From an uncultured bacterium (GTDB taxonomy: Bacteria > Margulisbacteria > WOR-1 > CAZGTC01): DNA of 64,000 nt. Shown piece after piece: positions 52,241 to 60,801 of this stretch; position 1 is the first letter of the stretch; each line of letters begins with the position of its first letter. The notes under the pieces were generated by a model. It ran no database searches. It saw nothing but the letters and a program-made list of their open reading frames with translations, and was not told the DNA's origin. The translations under genes were made by a program, and so were the position numbers. The stretch lies in NCBI GenBank assembly GCA_964528395.1, contig CAZGTC010000009.1, forward strand, positions 1,304 through 65,303, in the 5' to 3' direction.

Positions 52241-53683
52241 ATGAAAATATTTACCCGAAACCAACTACGCGAATTAAACGCTTTTGGCCGCTCCAAGCTT
52301 GGTTTTCCTGGACACTTATTCCCTTCGTTTTTAAATGCTGGGAGTAGACTACGAATATGTTTTATGTCCAGCACCGATATTGGCAGGATATGTGATTTGA
52401 TAAACAACCTCCCCTATAAAAAACTTAAGTCTGTTTTTCTAGTCAATCGTGCTAATAAAAGAGATGGTGACAAAAATTATCTAGCCAAAATTTATGCAAA
52501 GATAAAAGATCTTTTAAAAATAGGCAAGGATAATTTAAATCCCAGAAAGAAGGCTATGCTTAAATTATTTTCTGTTATTGCTGATTGTAGTAGTAGTGAA
52601 GTGCTGGGATCTAAAATTTCAGCTACAACAGTTGACGGCTGCAGAAAAGAATATCTTATTCTTAATAAAAAGCCAATTGCTAGAGGGGGATATTGTTCAG
52701 TCTATGAAGGATATGATCCGGAAGAAGCTAAGAGAGTAGCTATAAAGGTATTGAATCCGGCTGCTGGAAATAGTGATCCAGTTGCTAAAGAGAGGTTAAA
52801 GCAAGAATTTGAAATAATGGCAAGGCTAAAGCATCCTGCTATAGTTTCTGCTTTGGCTCAAGGAAGAGTAATTAGGAATAATCGAGAGATTCCCTTTATT
52901 GTGGTTGAGTTTGTTGATTCCCCAACCCTGCGAGAATATCTTGCTAAAAATAGCAACCGTCTTTCCCCATCTGAAGCGATTGATATAGCAATACAAATTG
53001 TCCATGCAATGATCGCCGCAAGACAAAAAGGAATATCTCATCGAGACTTAAAACTGGATAATATTTTTTATTCTAATGGTGTAGTAAAGATTGGTGATTT
53101 TGGTTTGGCAAAAGCAGCTGACCCCGCACAAAAGGAACAAGATATTACCAGAACAGGATTTGTTGTCGGAACGCCGGGCCACTATCCTCCAGTTGGCGCT
53201 AGACTTCTTAAAATGAACAATAGAACGAAAAGGAGTAATGAGGAAAAAAAAGAAATGCAAAGAATTAATTTTTACTACGATCAATATGCACTGGGCGTAT
53301 TATTATATCGATTGTTGATGGGAACAAACTTAATTTTTGAAGGGGAAAATAACGATCCCTTTCAAATTGGCGAGATAAGCATGAATCCGGCCATAAATAT
53401 TGTTTCTCAATCTTCGTTTCAGCGTGATTTCTTGGCCTTTATAGATAGAAGGACGCCTCCAGAAAAAAGATCGGCGCTACAGCGCAAATATAGAATAAAA
53501 AAAACCTTGCCTTATTATGAGATAGAGGCAGGTCGTCTATTAAAAGTTAGTCTCCCTGATAAAATTTGGGATGTTATTTCTAGACTCGCGTCTTTTAATC
53601 CCGAAAATTATTACAGAAATTTTAATGAAGTAAAATATGTTTTGCTCGAACTACAAAGAGAATTTGGTATAGCCCCGCTCTAG
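52241..53683 (+). CDS. Hanks-type Ser/Thr protein kinase, soluble, divergent
   Basis: IARGGYCSVY, VAIKVL, HRDLKLDN, KIGDFGLAK, GTP, DQYALG; no TM or PASTA domain seen; AT-rich. Confidence 0.88.
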   Translation: MKIFTRNQLRELNAFGRSKLGFPGHLFPSFLNAGSRLRICFMSSTDIGRICDLINNLPYKKLKSVFLVNRANKRDGDKNYLAKIYAKIKDLLKIGKDNLNPRKKAMLKLFSVIADCSSSEVLGSKISATTVDGCRKEYLILNKKPIARGGYCSVYEGYDPEEAKRVAIKVLNPAAGNSDPVAKERLKQEFEIMARLKHPAIVSALAQGRVIRNNREIPFIVVEFVDSPTLREYLAKNSNRLSPSEAIDIAIQIVHAMIAARQKGISHRDLKLDNIFYSNGVVKIGDFGLAKAADPAQKEQDITRTGFVVGTPGHYPPVGARLLKMNNRTKRSNEEKKEMQRINFYYDQYALGVLLYRLLMGTNLIFEGENNDPFQIGEISMNPAINIVSQSSFQRDFLAFIDRRTPPEKRSALQRKYRIKKTLPYYEIEAGRLLKVSLPDKIWDVISRLASFNPENYYRNFNEVKYVLLELQREFGIAPL

Positions 53684-53788
53684 TTTGGTCCTAAAATCTC
53701 TCATACATAATATAAATAATAATATCGTCATTTTTTGCCCAAAATTCCGCAAAAACAAAATTATTTATCAGAAAAATCCTTTTTCTAT

Positions 53789-53797
53789 TGTTATAAT
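53789..53797 (+). promoter_or_regulatory. Extended -10 (TGTTATAAT), 8 nt before ATG 53806
   Basis: Motif read directly; no SD. Confidence 0.6.
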
Positions 53798-53805
53798 AGT
53801 AAATA

Positions 53806-54303
53806 ATGTACTACCAAGAAATTATTGAGGCCTTAAATAAAAACAACATCCGCTACGTCATTATCGGAGGATTAGCCTTAGTCTTGCACGGGGTTGTACG
53901 TTTAACTGCTGACCTAGATCTAATTGTTGATTTTGAAGAAAAAAATCTTAAAAAACTCCTAAAAGTTCTAGAACAATTAAATTTTAAGCCCCAACTGCCA
54001 ATAGACGCAAAAAAATTACTAGAAGAGAAAACTAGGAAAAAATGGGAAATCGAAAAAAACATGAAAGCTTTTGCTTTTATTCACAAAAAAGATGATTATA
54101 AGCTTATTGATATCATCATTAATCCCCCCTTATCTTTTAATGAGGTTTATAAGCGTAAACAAGTCATACAAGCTCAAAAAACAAAAATAAATGTTATTTC
54201 CTTTGAAGATTTGATAACTTTTAAAAAACAAGCTGCCAGAACCCAAGATCTAAAAGATATTGAAATGCTGCTAGAATTAAAAAAACATGAAAAAAAGCAA
54301 TAA
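53806..54303 (+). CDS. Minimal nucleotidyltransferase (DUF6036-like)
   Basis: YVIIGGLALVLHG..R.TADLDL, K.AAR.QDLKDI. Confidence 0.8.
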   Translation: MYYQEIIEALNKNNIRYVIIGGLALVLHGVVRLTADLDLIVDFEEKNLKKLLKVLEQLNFKPQLPIDAKKLLEEKTRKKWEIEKNMKAFAFIHKKDDYKLIDIIINPPLSFNEVYKRKQVIQAQKTKINVISFEDLITFKKQAARTQDLKDIEMLLELKKHEKKQ

Positions 54304-54442
54304 ATATAGCTTTAAAATGGATAAACAAAAATTATTAGCTTTATCCAAAATGTCTATAGAATCCCGGCTTAATTGGCTGGAAGAAGCTAATAAATTTATA
54401 AGTCAAGTTAAAAAGAAGCCAAAAAAAGCAGATAAATTCTAA
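54287..54442 (+). CDS. 51-aa partner protein (missed by the ORF track)
   Basis: MKKSNKYSFKMDKQKLLALSKMSIESRLNWLEEANKF...; overlaps the NTase 3' end; MS.E.RL.WLEEAN resembles small NTase partners. Confidence 0.6.
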   Translation: MKKSNKYSFKMDKQKLLALSKMSIESRLNWLEEANKFISQVKKKPKKADKF

Positions 54443-54452
54443 AGGAAACTTC

Positions 54453-54611
54453 ATGAGCTCTGTGCATTTTTCCACAATATTCACTTCTATAAATGAAGAA
54501 TTTACTGACAAAGAATGGAAAAAGTTGGAGCGTCTAAAGAAAGAGAAAGGAAAAGTTTTTAAAAACAGCCGATTTTTTCTAAAACATCTCAAAGCTATGG
54601 TAAAAAAATAA
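54453..54611 (+). CDS. 52-aa ORF, antitoxin C-terminus-like (missed by the ORF track)
   Basis: MSSVHF...EEFTDKEWKKLERLKKEKGKVFKNSRFFLKHLK; stop abuts the sbcD ATG. Confidence 0.45.
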   Translation: MSSVHFSTIFTSINEEFTDKEWKKLERLKKEKGKVFKNSRFFLKHLKAMVKK

Positions 54612-55778
54612 ATGCGCTTTGTACATTTTTCTGATACACACCTTGGTTACGCGGCTTTTCGCAAGATCACAGAAGCTGGGTATAACCAGCGCGAAGAAGA
54701 CTTGAACAATGCCTTTATCCAAGCCATTGATAAGATCATTGAATTAAAGCCGGATTTTGCCCTGCATAGCGGGGATCTTTTTGATTCTGTTAGGCCAACC
54801 AACAGGATTATCCGCTTAGCCATTGAGCAAATTTTACGTCTTATCAAAAATAATATCCCGTTGATCATGATTTCCGGTAATCATGAAACCCCTAAGCAAC
54901 GCTATCTGGGTTCTGTTTTTTCTATCCTAGGGGTCCTGCCCCTGCCTGCCGGCAGGCAAGGCTATCCAGATAATTTATTAAAAGTTTCACACCATGGAAT
55001 ATATGATCAAATCCTAGTGAAAAATAATTTAACCATCCACGCTATTTCCCAATGTGCCAATGGAGAGCTTTTCCAAAAAGAAATAGAAAAAATACAAATC
55101 AACCCGCAAACTTATAATATTTTGACCATGCACTGCGGCATTTCCGGCATGCAGGAATTTTCTCATGGGGATTTTAACGAGCTTTTGGTTGATTACCAAT
55201 TTTTCCAAAACCATAAGTTTAACTACATTGCACTCGGACATTATCATAATTATATCCAAGTCGGGCCCCGAGCCTATTTTGCCGGGTCAACTGAAAGATT
55301 AAGTTTCAACGAAGCGGGAAAACAAAAGGGATTGGTTGAAGTAACCCTAGATAAAGAAACCACGGTTAGATTCCATGAAATTAAAACCCGCCCCATGCTG
55401 GAACTTTCTACTATCAATGCCCAGGATAAAGAAATCAACCAGCTAACTGAAGAAATAGAAAACCACATAAAAAATGCGCAGCCTGAAGGAAAAATCATGC
55501 GCTTCAAAGTTGAGAATGTCCCCTCCCATATTTTTGAACATTTGGACATAAAAAAATTCCGTGAAATGGCTAAAGACGCTTTGCACTTTGAACCCATTAT
55601 TGAAAAAAAAGAAGATCAAAAAAACCACCAAACCTATAAGCCAAAAATTGGGGGATTGGTGGAAGAGTATGGGACATTTATTAATCATCACCCGGGTTTA
55701 TCCGAAGAAGAAAAAAAAGAGCTTCTACAAAACGGACAAACATACCTAGCCAAAGTTTTGGAGGAAAGCAAACAATAA
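54612..55778 (+). CDS. sbcD: SbcD/Mre11 nuclease
   Basis: HFSDTHLG, SGDLFD, GNHE, ALGHYH, AGSTER. Confidence 0.92.
   Translation: MRFVHFSDTHLGYAAFRKITEAGYNQREEDLNNAFIQAIDKIIELKPDFALHSGDLFDSVRPTNRIIRLAIEQILRLIKNNIPLIMISGNHETPKQRYLGSVFSILGVLPLPAGRQGYPDNLLKVSHHGIYDQILVKNNLTIHAISQCANGELFQKEIEKIQINPQTYNILTMHCGISGMQEFSHGDFNELLVDYQFFQNHKFNYIALGHYHNYIQVGPRAYFAGSTERLSFNEAGKQKGLVEVTLDKETTVRFHEIKTRPMLELSTINAQDKEINQLTEEIENHIKNAQPEGKIMRFKVENVPSHIFEHLDIKKFREMAKDALHFEPIIEKKEDQKNHQTYKPKIGGLVEEYGTFINHHPGLSEEEKKELLQNGQTYLAKVLEESKQ
54941..54960. repeat. Near-perfect palindrome CCTGCCTGCC-GGCAGGCAAG in frame in sbcD
   Basis: Translated LPAGRQG. Confidence 0.7.
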
Positions 55779-55781
55779 ATT

Positions 55782-57944
55782 ATGCGATTAGTATCATTAA
55801 AACTAAAAAACTACCGCCAGCATGAGGATACTTTTGTTGAATTTCCGGATGGCTTAATCGGCATCATTGGGTTAAATGGCGCGGGAAAATCATCGCTGAT
55901 TGAAAGCATTGCCTGGACGCTTTTTGGGAGCCTGGCTGCGCGCACCGATAAAGAAGGCATTAAAAGAACCTCGGCTCCTGCAAATGCCAGCGTTGAAACC
56001 AGCCTAGAAATTGAGCTGAACGGAAATTATTACAAAGTCCAGAGAATATTAAAAGGAGACAAGCAAACCGCGCTCGCCTCAATAATTGCCAATGGAAAAG
56101 TAATTGCGGATACTACAAAAGCCTGCGATAAAGAAATTGAATATCTTTTGGGCATGGATTATAAATCTTTTTATACCAGCTTTTTTGCCCGCCAAAAAGA
56201 ATTAAATGCTTTGACTGACTTAAACCCCAACCAGCGGCGCGATATTATCATCCGCATGCTGCGCATTGACGCCATTGACAAGACCATTGATATGATCAGA
56301 AGCGATTCCCGCGACCAAAAAATGCAGGCCGAAGTCTTAAAAAAAAGCCTAAAGGATCCTAATTTATTAGAAAGCCAGAAAATAGCACAAGAAAAAAAAT
56401 TAGGGCAAATACAAGGACAGCTGCAAAAACTAGAAAAGGAATTAGAAAAACAAGAACAAGTTGTAGGCAAATTTAAAGATTTATTTGCGAATGAGAGAAA
56501 AATTTACGAAAAGTATAATGAATTAGAAAATCAAATTATTAAACATAAAACCAAGTTAAAACAAGGACAAAAACAAGCACAAGATATCAAAAAAGAACTG
56601 GAGAATATTAAAGAGCTGGAAAACAAAATAAAAACTATCCGGCAAAGCACTAAAGACTTGGAAAATCTGGAAAAAGAAAAAAAAGCCTTGGATCTAAACC
56701 GCGAGAACAATCTGGTCAAAGCCCAGGAACATTTAACCACAATAGAAAAATCCTTGTCTGAAAACTCTGCCCATTTAAAAATTTTAAGAGAAAAATATAA
56801 AGAGATTGCAGACAGCAAAAAACAAATAACTTCCCGCGGAAAAAATGCCGCCTGCCCCACCTGCCACCGGGAGCTGGGAAACGATTTTGAAAAAATCATC
56901 TCTCATTTTGACGAAGAGTTAAATAAAATAACGAAAGAAGCTGATAGCCTAAAAAAAGAAAATGACTTAAAAGAAAACCAGAAGATTGAAATCAGCCTTA
57001 TAATAAAAAACCTAAGGCAAAACCTGCCGACAAAAACCACGGCTCTACAGATTAGTTTGTTCCAAAAAGAATATAACCCAAAAGAGCTTACAGATATTCA
57101 AGATAAAATTAAAGCAGCACAAAAAGCTAAAGACGAATACGTTAGACTTTCCGCGCAGATCGAGCAAAAACCAAAACTAAAAGATGAAGAACAGAAAATT
57201 AATCGAGAAATAGAACAAATTCAGCAAACACTAGAAAAATTAGAAAAAGAACAAAACGAACTGAAATACAACAAAGAAGAACACAGCAAAATTACCCGCC
57301 AAAACGAAGAAGAAAAAGAAAAACTAAGGATCCTGTCCCAAAACTTAAGCCAAAGCAAGATAGAACTGGTTTCCTGCGAAAAAGAGATCGAAAAATTCGA
57401 TGCAGAGATCAAAAATATTGAAAGCACTAAAAAAGCCATTGAAAAGCTGGCGCAAAGCCAAACCAAAATCACCCAGTTGACGAATATTATGGATGAATAC
57501 CGCACGCATTTGATCTCGCGCATCCAGCCCGAACTATCAAAAACCGCCAGCGACCTATTCATCACCCTAACGGATGGCAAATATTCTGGTATTGAACTAG
57601 ACGATAAATACGACCTATTTATTTATGACGGTAATATTAAATATCCTCTCTCGCGCTTTTCCGGAGGAGAAGCCGACCTGGCAAACCTTTGCCTGCGCCT
57701 GGCAATTTCCCAGCTAATTTCTGCATCCGCTGGCATTGACGGCGGGTTTATTATTCTGGATGAAATTTTTGGCAGCCAGGATGATATACGGAAAAATTCA
57801 ATCCTCAATGCTCTGGCAAAATTATCCAAACAATACCGCCAAATCATAATCATCACCCATATTGAGGACATCAAAGATTCGCTTGAAGCTATTATCGAGG
57901 TTAAAGAAAACGAGCAGGGAACCAGTCAAGTCAAACAAATTTAG
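55782..57944 (+). CDS. sbcC: SbcC/Rad50 SMC-like ATPase
   Basis: GLNGAGKSS, Q-loop FARQ, zinc hook CPTC, FSGGE signature, ILDEIFGSQD, IITH. Confidence 0.93.
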   Translation: MRLVSLKLKNYRQHEDTFVEFPDGLIGIIGLNGAGKSSLIESIAWTLFGSLAARTDKEGIKRTSAPANASVETSLEIELNGNYYKVQRILKGDKQTALASIIANGKVIADTTKACDKEIEYLLGMDYKSFYTSFFARQKELNALTDLNPNQRRDIIIRMLRIDAIDKTIDMIRSDSRDQKMQAEVLKKSLKDPNLLESQKIAQEKKLGQIQGQLQKLEKELEKQEQVVGKFKDLFANERKIYEKYNELENQIIKHKTKLKQGQKQAQDIKKELENIKELENKIKTIRQSTKDLENLEKEKKALDLNRENNLVKAQEHLTTIEKSLSENSAHLKILREKYKEIADSKKQITSRGKNAACPTCHRELGNDFEKIISHFDEELNKITKEADSLKKENDLKENQKIEISLIIKNLRQNLPTKTTALQISLFQKEYNPKELTDIQDKIKAAQKAKDEYVRLSAQIEQKPKLKDEEQKINREIEQIQQTLEKLEKEQNELKYNKEEHSKITRQNEEEKEKLRILSQNLSQSKIELVSCEKEIEKFDAEIKNIESTKKAIEKLAQSQTKITQLTNIMDEYRTHLISRIQPELSKTASDLFITLTDGKYSGIELDDKYDLFIYDGNIKYPLSRFSGGEADLANLCLRLAISQLISASAGIDGGFIILDEIFGSQDDIRKNSILNALAKLSKQYRQIIIITHIEDIKDSLEAIIEVKENEQGTSQVKQI

Positions 57945-57947
57945 AAA

Positions 57948-58502
57948 TTATTTTATGATAGCGCGATCGATGCCGTCTACTTCCAGCAGCTCAACCCGCA
58001 CTTCTTCGCCTTTGGCAGTGGGGATTTTTTTACCGGTAAAATCCGGATGGATCGGCAGTTCGCGGTGGCCGCGGTCAACCAAAGCCACTAATTGGACTTT
58101 TTTGGCTCGGCCGTAATCTTTTAAGCCATCCAAAGCCGCCCGGCAAGTGCGGCCAGCAAAAACAACGTCATCCACCAAAACCACGATCTTATCATCAATG
58201 CTAAAAGGGATGTTGGATTTGCGGACTTCAATATATTGGCCTTTGTTCCTCAAATCATCGCGGTATAATGAAACATCCAGTTCGCCGACTGGGACATCAA
58301 ATTCTTCGGTAGCCTTGATAACTTTAGCCAAGCGCTTAGCAATGGGTACTCCGCGGGCAATAATCCCAATCAAAACAATTTCTTCTGCGCCTTTATTTGT
58401 TTCTACGATCTCATGAGCAATACGATTGATCGCGCGGTTGATCGCAGTTTCATCCATGACAACTTTTTCTTGGCTGGATAATGTTTTTGGCTTTTTGGAC
58501 AT
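57948..58502 (-). CDS. pyrR: PyrR (pyrimidine regulator/UPRTase)
   Basis: RIAHEIVE, LDVSLYRDD, LVDDV..AGRT, DRGHRELPIHPD. Confidence 0.96.
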   Translation of the reverse strand: MSKKPKTLSSQEKVVMDETAINRAINRIAHEIVETNKGAEEIVLIGIIARGVPIAKRLAKVIKATEEFDVPVGELDVSLYRDDLRNKGQYIEVRKSNIPFSIDDKIVVLVDDVVFAGRTCRAALDGLKDYGRAKKVQLVALVDRGHRELPIHPDFTGKKIPTAKGEEVRVELLEVDGIDRAIIK

Positions 58503-58508
58503 GGCTAG

Positions 58509-58517
58509 ATTATATCA
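58509..58517 (-). promoter_or_regulatory. Extended -10 (TGATATAAT), 6 nt before the pyrR ATG
   Basis: Overlaps the PGM stop TGA; no SD. Confidence 0.5.
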
Positions 58518-59951
58518 AATTTTATTGATAATTGCCTTAACATCCTGCTGGATAAGGGATAATTTTTCCAAAGAATCTGACTCAAAATACCCCCTAAGCA
58601 ATGGCTCGGTGCCAGATGGACGAAGTAAAACCCAAGAAGATTGGTCTTCGAGCAAGAATTTAACTCCATCAATAATTTTTAGCTCTTTTACCTTTAGATT
58701 GCCAATAGTTTTTATGCCCTTGGCTGCCTGGGCTAATTTCTCTTTTACCCCGGGTTTTACCGGCAAATTAATTTTTCCCTGATAAAAAGCCCCTAATTCT
58801 TTTTCCAAATCCGCATAAATTTGCGAGAGAGGCTTATTATAAGCATTAAGCATCTCAACCATAAGCAAATCTGCCAAAGTCCCGTCTTTTTCCGGGATAT
58901 GGTTCAGGATTGAAAGCCCCCCGCTCTCTTCCCCGCCTAAGACCACTTTTTCTTTGAGCATGATTTCTGCGATATATTTAAAGCCCACGGGCACTTCGTG
59001 TAATTTAACTTTGTATTTAGTGGCTAACTTATCTAACATATGGGTTGTGCCAACTGATCTCACCAAGCTGCCGCGCCAGCCTTTTTTTTCCATTAAGTAA
59101 TTGGCGAGAAGAACAACCACGCGATGCGCGCTAATAAATTTCCCTTTTTCATCAATTACTCCAAAGCGATCCGCATCCCCGTCATTGGCCAGCCCTAAGT
59201 CACAAGTTTCAATTTTTACGGTTTTTGCCAGCTCATGCAAATTTTCTTCATCGGGCTCTGGAGACCTTCCTCCAAACAGAACATCGCGCTGGCAATTCAG
59301 TGCGATAATTTCATGGCCGAGTGATTCTAAAAAAGCATCAATATAACCTCGGCCTGACCCAAACATAGCATCATAAGCAATTTTTCTTTTGGTTTTCTTA
59401 ATTAAAGCTATATCTAAAAAAGAAGACAAATAATCAAAATAATTGGGGCGGGGATTAAAATGATCGAAGGTGCCTCGACACCTCGACTCCGCTCGGTGTC
59501 CAGAGCTGTCTCGTACCCTGAGCGGAGCCGAAGGGTTCGCTGAGAGCTCGCTTTTTAAATTCTCTTCTATTTCTTTGGTAATCGCTAAATTGGCTGGACC
59601 CGCATATTCTGGAATAAATTTTATGCCGCAATACTGCGCTGGATTGTGAGAAGCCGTGAGCATAATTGCACCAGAAGCTTTTCTTTGTTTTATTTCCCAG
59701 GCAATCACTGGAGTTGGGGTATCGCGGTCAGGAAATAAGCAATTGATTCCAGCCTCATTCATGACTTTAATGATTTCTAAAGCAAACTTATCTGCTAAGA
59801 ATCGAGCATCGTAGCCCACAATTAAAACTTTTTTATCTAATTTGTGTTTTTGCAGGTAAATAGAAATTGCCCGGGCTACTTTTTTGACATTTTCAAAAGT
59901 AAACTCATCGGAAATGATTGCCCGCCAGCCATCGGTTCCAAATTTAATCAT
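58515..59951 (-). CDS. Phosphoglucomutase/phosphomannomutase family protein
   Basis: FGTDGWR, TASHNP phosphoserine, DGDADRF, VPVGFK, GGEESGG, RPSGTEP. Confidence 0.95.
   Translation of the reverse strand: MIKFGTDGWRAIISDEFTFENVKKVARAISIYLQKHKLDKKVLIVGYDARFLADKFALEIIKVMNEAGINCLFPDRDTPTPVIAWEIKQRKASGAIMLTASHNPAQYCGIKFIPEYAGPANLAITKEIEENLKSELSANPSAPLRVRDSSGHRAESRCRGTFDHFNPRPNYFDYLSSFLDIALIKKTKRKIAYDAMFGSGRGYIDAFLESLGHEIIALNCQRDVLFGGRSPEPDEENLHELAKTVKIETCDLGLANDGDADRFGVIDEKGKFISAHRVVVLLANYLMEKKGWRGSLVRSVGTTHMLDKLATKYKVKLHEVPVGFKYIAEIMLKEKVVLGGEESGGLSILNHIPEKDGTLADLLMVEMLNAYNKPLSQIYADLEKELGAFYQGKINLPVKPGVKEKLAQAAKGIKTIGNLKVKELKIIDGVKFLLEDQSSWVLLRPSGTEPLLRGYFESDSLEKLSLIQQDVKAIINKI
59477..59536. 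repeat. Inverted pair of REP-like hairpins in frame within the PGM/PMM gene
   Basis: GACACC-TCGACTCCGCTC-GGTGTC (59477-59500) and ACCCT-GAGCGGAGCCGA-AGGGT (59515-59536). Confidence 0.85.
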
Positions 59952-59959
59952 AGGTGATG

Positions 59960-59999
59960 ATTATACCAGATTGTTTTATAGCCGAAAACCCTTTAAAAT
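59960..59999. promoter_or_regulatory. Divergent promoters for PGM (TGGTATAAT, - strand) and tadA (TTGTTT-N17-TAAAAT, + strand)
   Basis: Each -10 lies 8 nt before its ATG (59951; 60008), with no SD. Confidence 0.6.
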
Positions 60000-60007
60000 A
60001 GTAAGCT

Positions 60008-60457
60008 ATGCATGAAAGTTTTATGAAAGAAGCTTTGAAAGAAGCAAAAAAAGCTTATCAAAAAAACGATGTGCCGGTTGGCTGCGTGGCAGTGAAGAAC
60101 GGAAAAATCATTGCCCGCGCCCATAATCTGCGGGAATCAACCAATGATCCAACTGCGCACGCAGAAATCTTGTGCCTCAAAAAAGCTGCGAAAAAGCAAA
60201 AATGGTGGGTTTTAAAAGATGTAGATATTTATGTAACCTTAGAGCCCTGCCCCATGTGCACAGCAGCAATCATGCAGGCTAGGGCCAGAACTATCATATA
60301 CGGGGCGGACAATTTGTTGTGGGGGGCTTGCAGTAAAAAAATAAAACTAGTTGACAAAAAAATCTTTCAGCATAAAATAAAGATTGTAAAGAATGTTTTA
60401 CCTAAAGAATCTTCAACATTGCTGAAAAAGTTCTTCAAAAAAGTGCGCAAAAAATAA
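60008..60457 (+). CDS. tadA: tRNA adenosine(34) deaminase
   Basis: VPVGCV, DPTAHAE, TLEPCPMC. Confidence 0.92.
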   Translation: MHESFMKEALKEAKKAYQKNDVPVGCVAVKNGKIIARAHNLRESTNDPTAHAEILCLKKAAKKQKWWVLKDVDIYVTLEPCPMCTAAIMQARARTIIYGADNLLWGACSKKIKLVDKKIFQHKIKIVKNVLPKESSTLLKKFFKKVRKK

Positions 60458-60468
60458 ATTCCCGGTGC

Positions 60469-60498
60469 AAGAGACAGTCTAAACGCTGTCTCTTTTTT
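60469..60498 (+). terminator. Intrinsic terminator after tadA
   Basis: GAGACAG-tctaaacg-CTGTCTC followed by TTTTTT. Confidence 0.75.
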
Positions 60499-60503
60499 AT
60501 GGA

Positions 60504-60565
60504 GGTCTCCTCGACTCCGCTCGGAGACCAGGTCATTCAGGTCATTGAGCGAAGTCGAAATGACC
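60504..60565. repeat. REP-like inverted pair upstream of tRNA-Ser
   Basis: GGTCTCC-TCGACTCCGCTC-GGAGACC and GGTCATT-GAGCGAAGTCGA-AATGACC. Confidence 0.88.
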
Positions 60566-60573
60566 GCTATAAT
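60545..60573 (+). promoter_or_regulatory. TTGAGC-N17-TATAAT promoter for tRNA-Ser, -35 inside the repeat
   Basis: -35 at 60545-60550, -10 at 60568-60573, tRNA begins 60590. Confidence 0.7.
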
Positions 60574-60589
60574 ACAACAATAAATTTCT

Positions 60590-60678
60590 GGAAGAGTGGC
60601 CGAGTCTGGTTGAAGGCGGACGCCTCGAAAGCGTCTATACCTGAAAAGGTATCGGGGGTTCGAATCCTCCCTCTTCCG
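60590..60678 (+). tRNA. tRNA-Ser (CGA), 3' CCA not encoded
   Basis: GGAAGAG/CTCTTCC acceptor stem, GACGC-CTCGAAA-GCGTC anticodon arm, long variable arm ATACC-TGAAAA-GGTAT, GTTCGAA T-loop, G73. Confidence 0.96.
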
Positions 60679-60726
60679 TTCCCCGGGTATATTCCGGGCA
60701 CATCCTTTACACTTTTTTATGACCAC

Positions 60727-60788
60727 GTTCCCTTCGACTCCGCTCAGGGAACTGAACAATCGGTCATTGAGCGGAACCGAAATGACCG
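60727..60788. repeat. REP-like inverted pair upstream of the GIY-YIG gene
   Basis: GTTCCCT-TCGACTCCGCTC-AGGGAAC and CGGTCATT-GAGCGGAACCGA-AATGACCG. Confidence 0.88.
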
Positions 60789-60795
60789 TTATAAT
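60767..60795 (+). promoter_or_regulatory. TTGAGC-N17-TATAAT promoter, 6 nt before the GIY-YIG ATG
   Basis: -35 at 60767-60772, -10 at 60790-60795, ATG 60802, no SD. Confidence 0.7.
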
Positions 60796-60801
60796 ACAGG
60801 C

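Noticed and set aside
53690-53790. SOS box upstream of the NTase-sbcDC unit
   Set aside because: Only a half-site-like ATAC-N4-TATA in very AT-rich DNA; not a convincing match to the lexA palindrome.
56400-57500. A-rich quasi-periodic sequence in sbcC as a repeat element
   Set aside because: Explained by Lys/Glu/Gln coiled-coil codon usage.
60457-60720. SRP RNA (ffs) expected near tadA/tRNA-Ser or upstream of dnaX
   Set aside because: No helix-8 GGAA/AGCAG signature seen; dnaX starts overlapping alr, leaving no room.
60499-60801. N-terminal 101 aa of the 226-aa ORF 60499..61179
   Set aside because: It runs across two repeat pairs and the whole tRNA-Ser. The GIY-YIG domain starts at ATG 60802, directly after a promoter.
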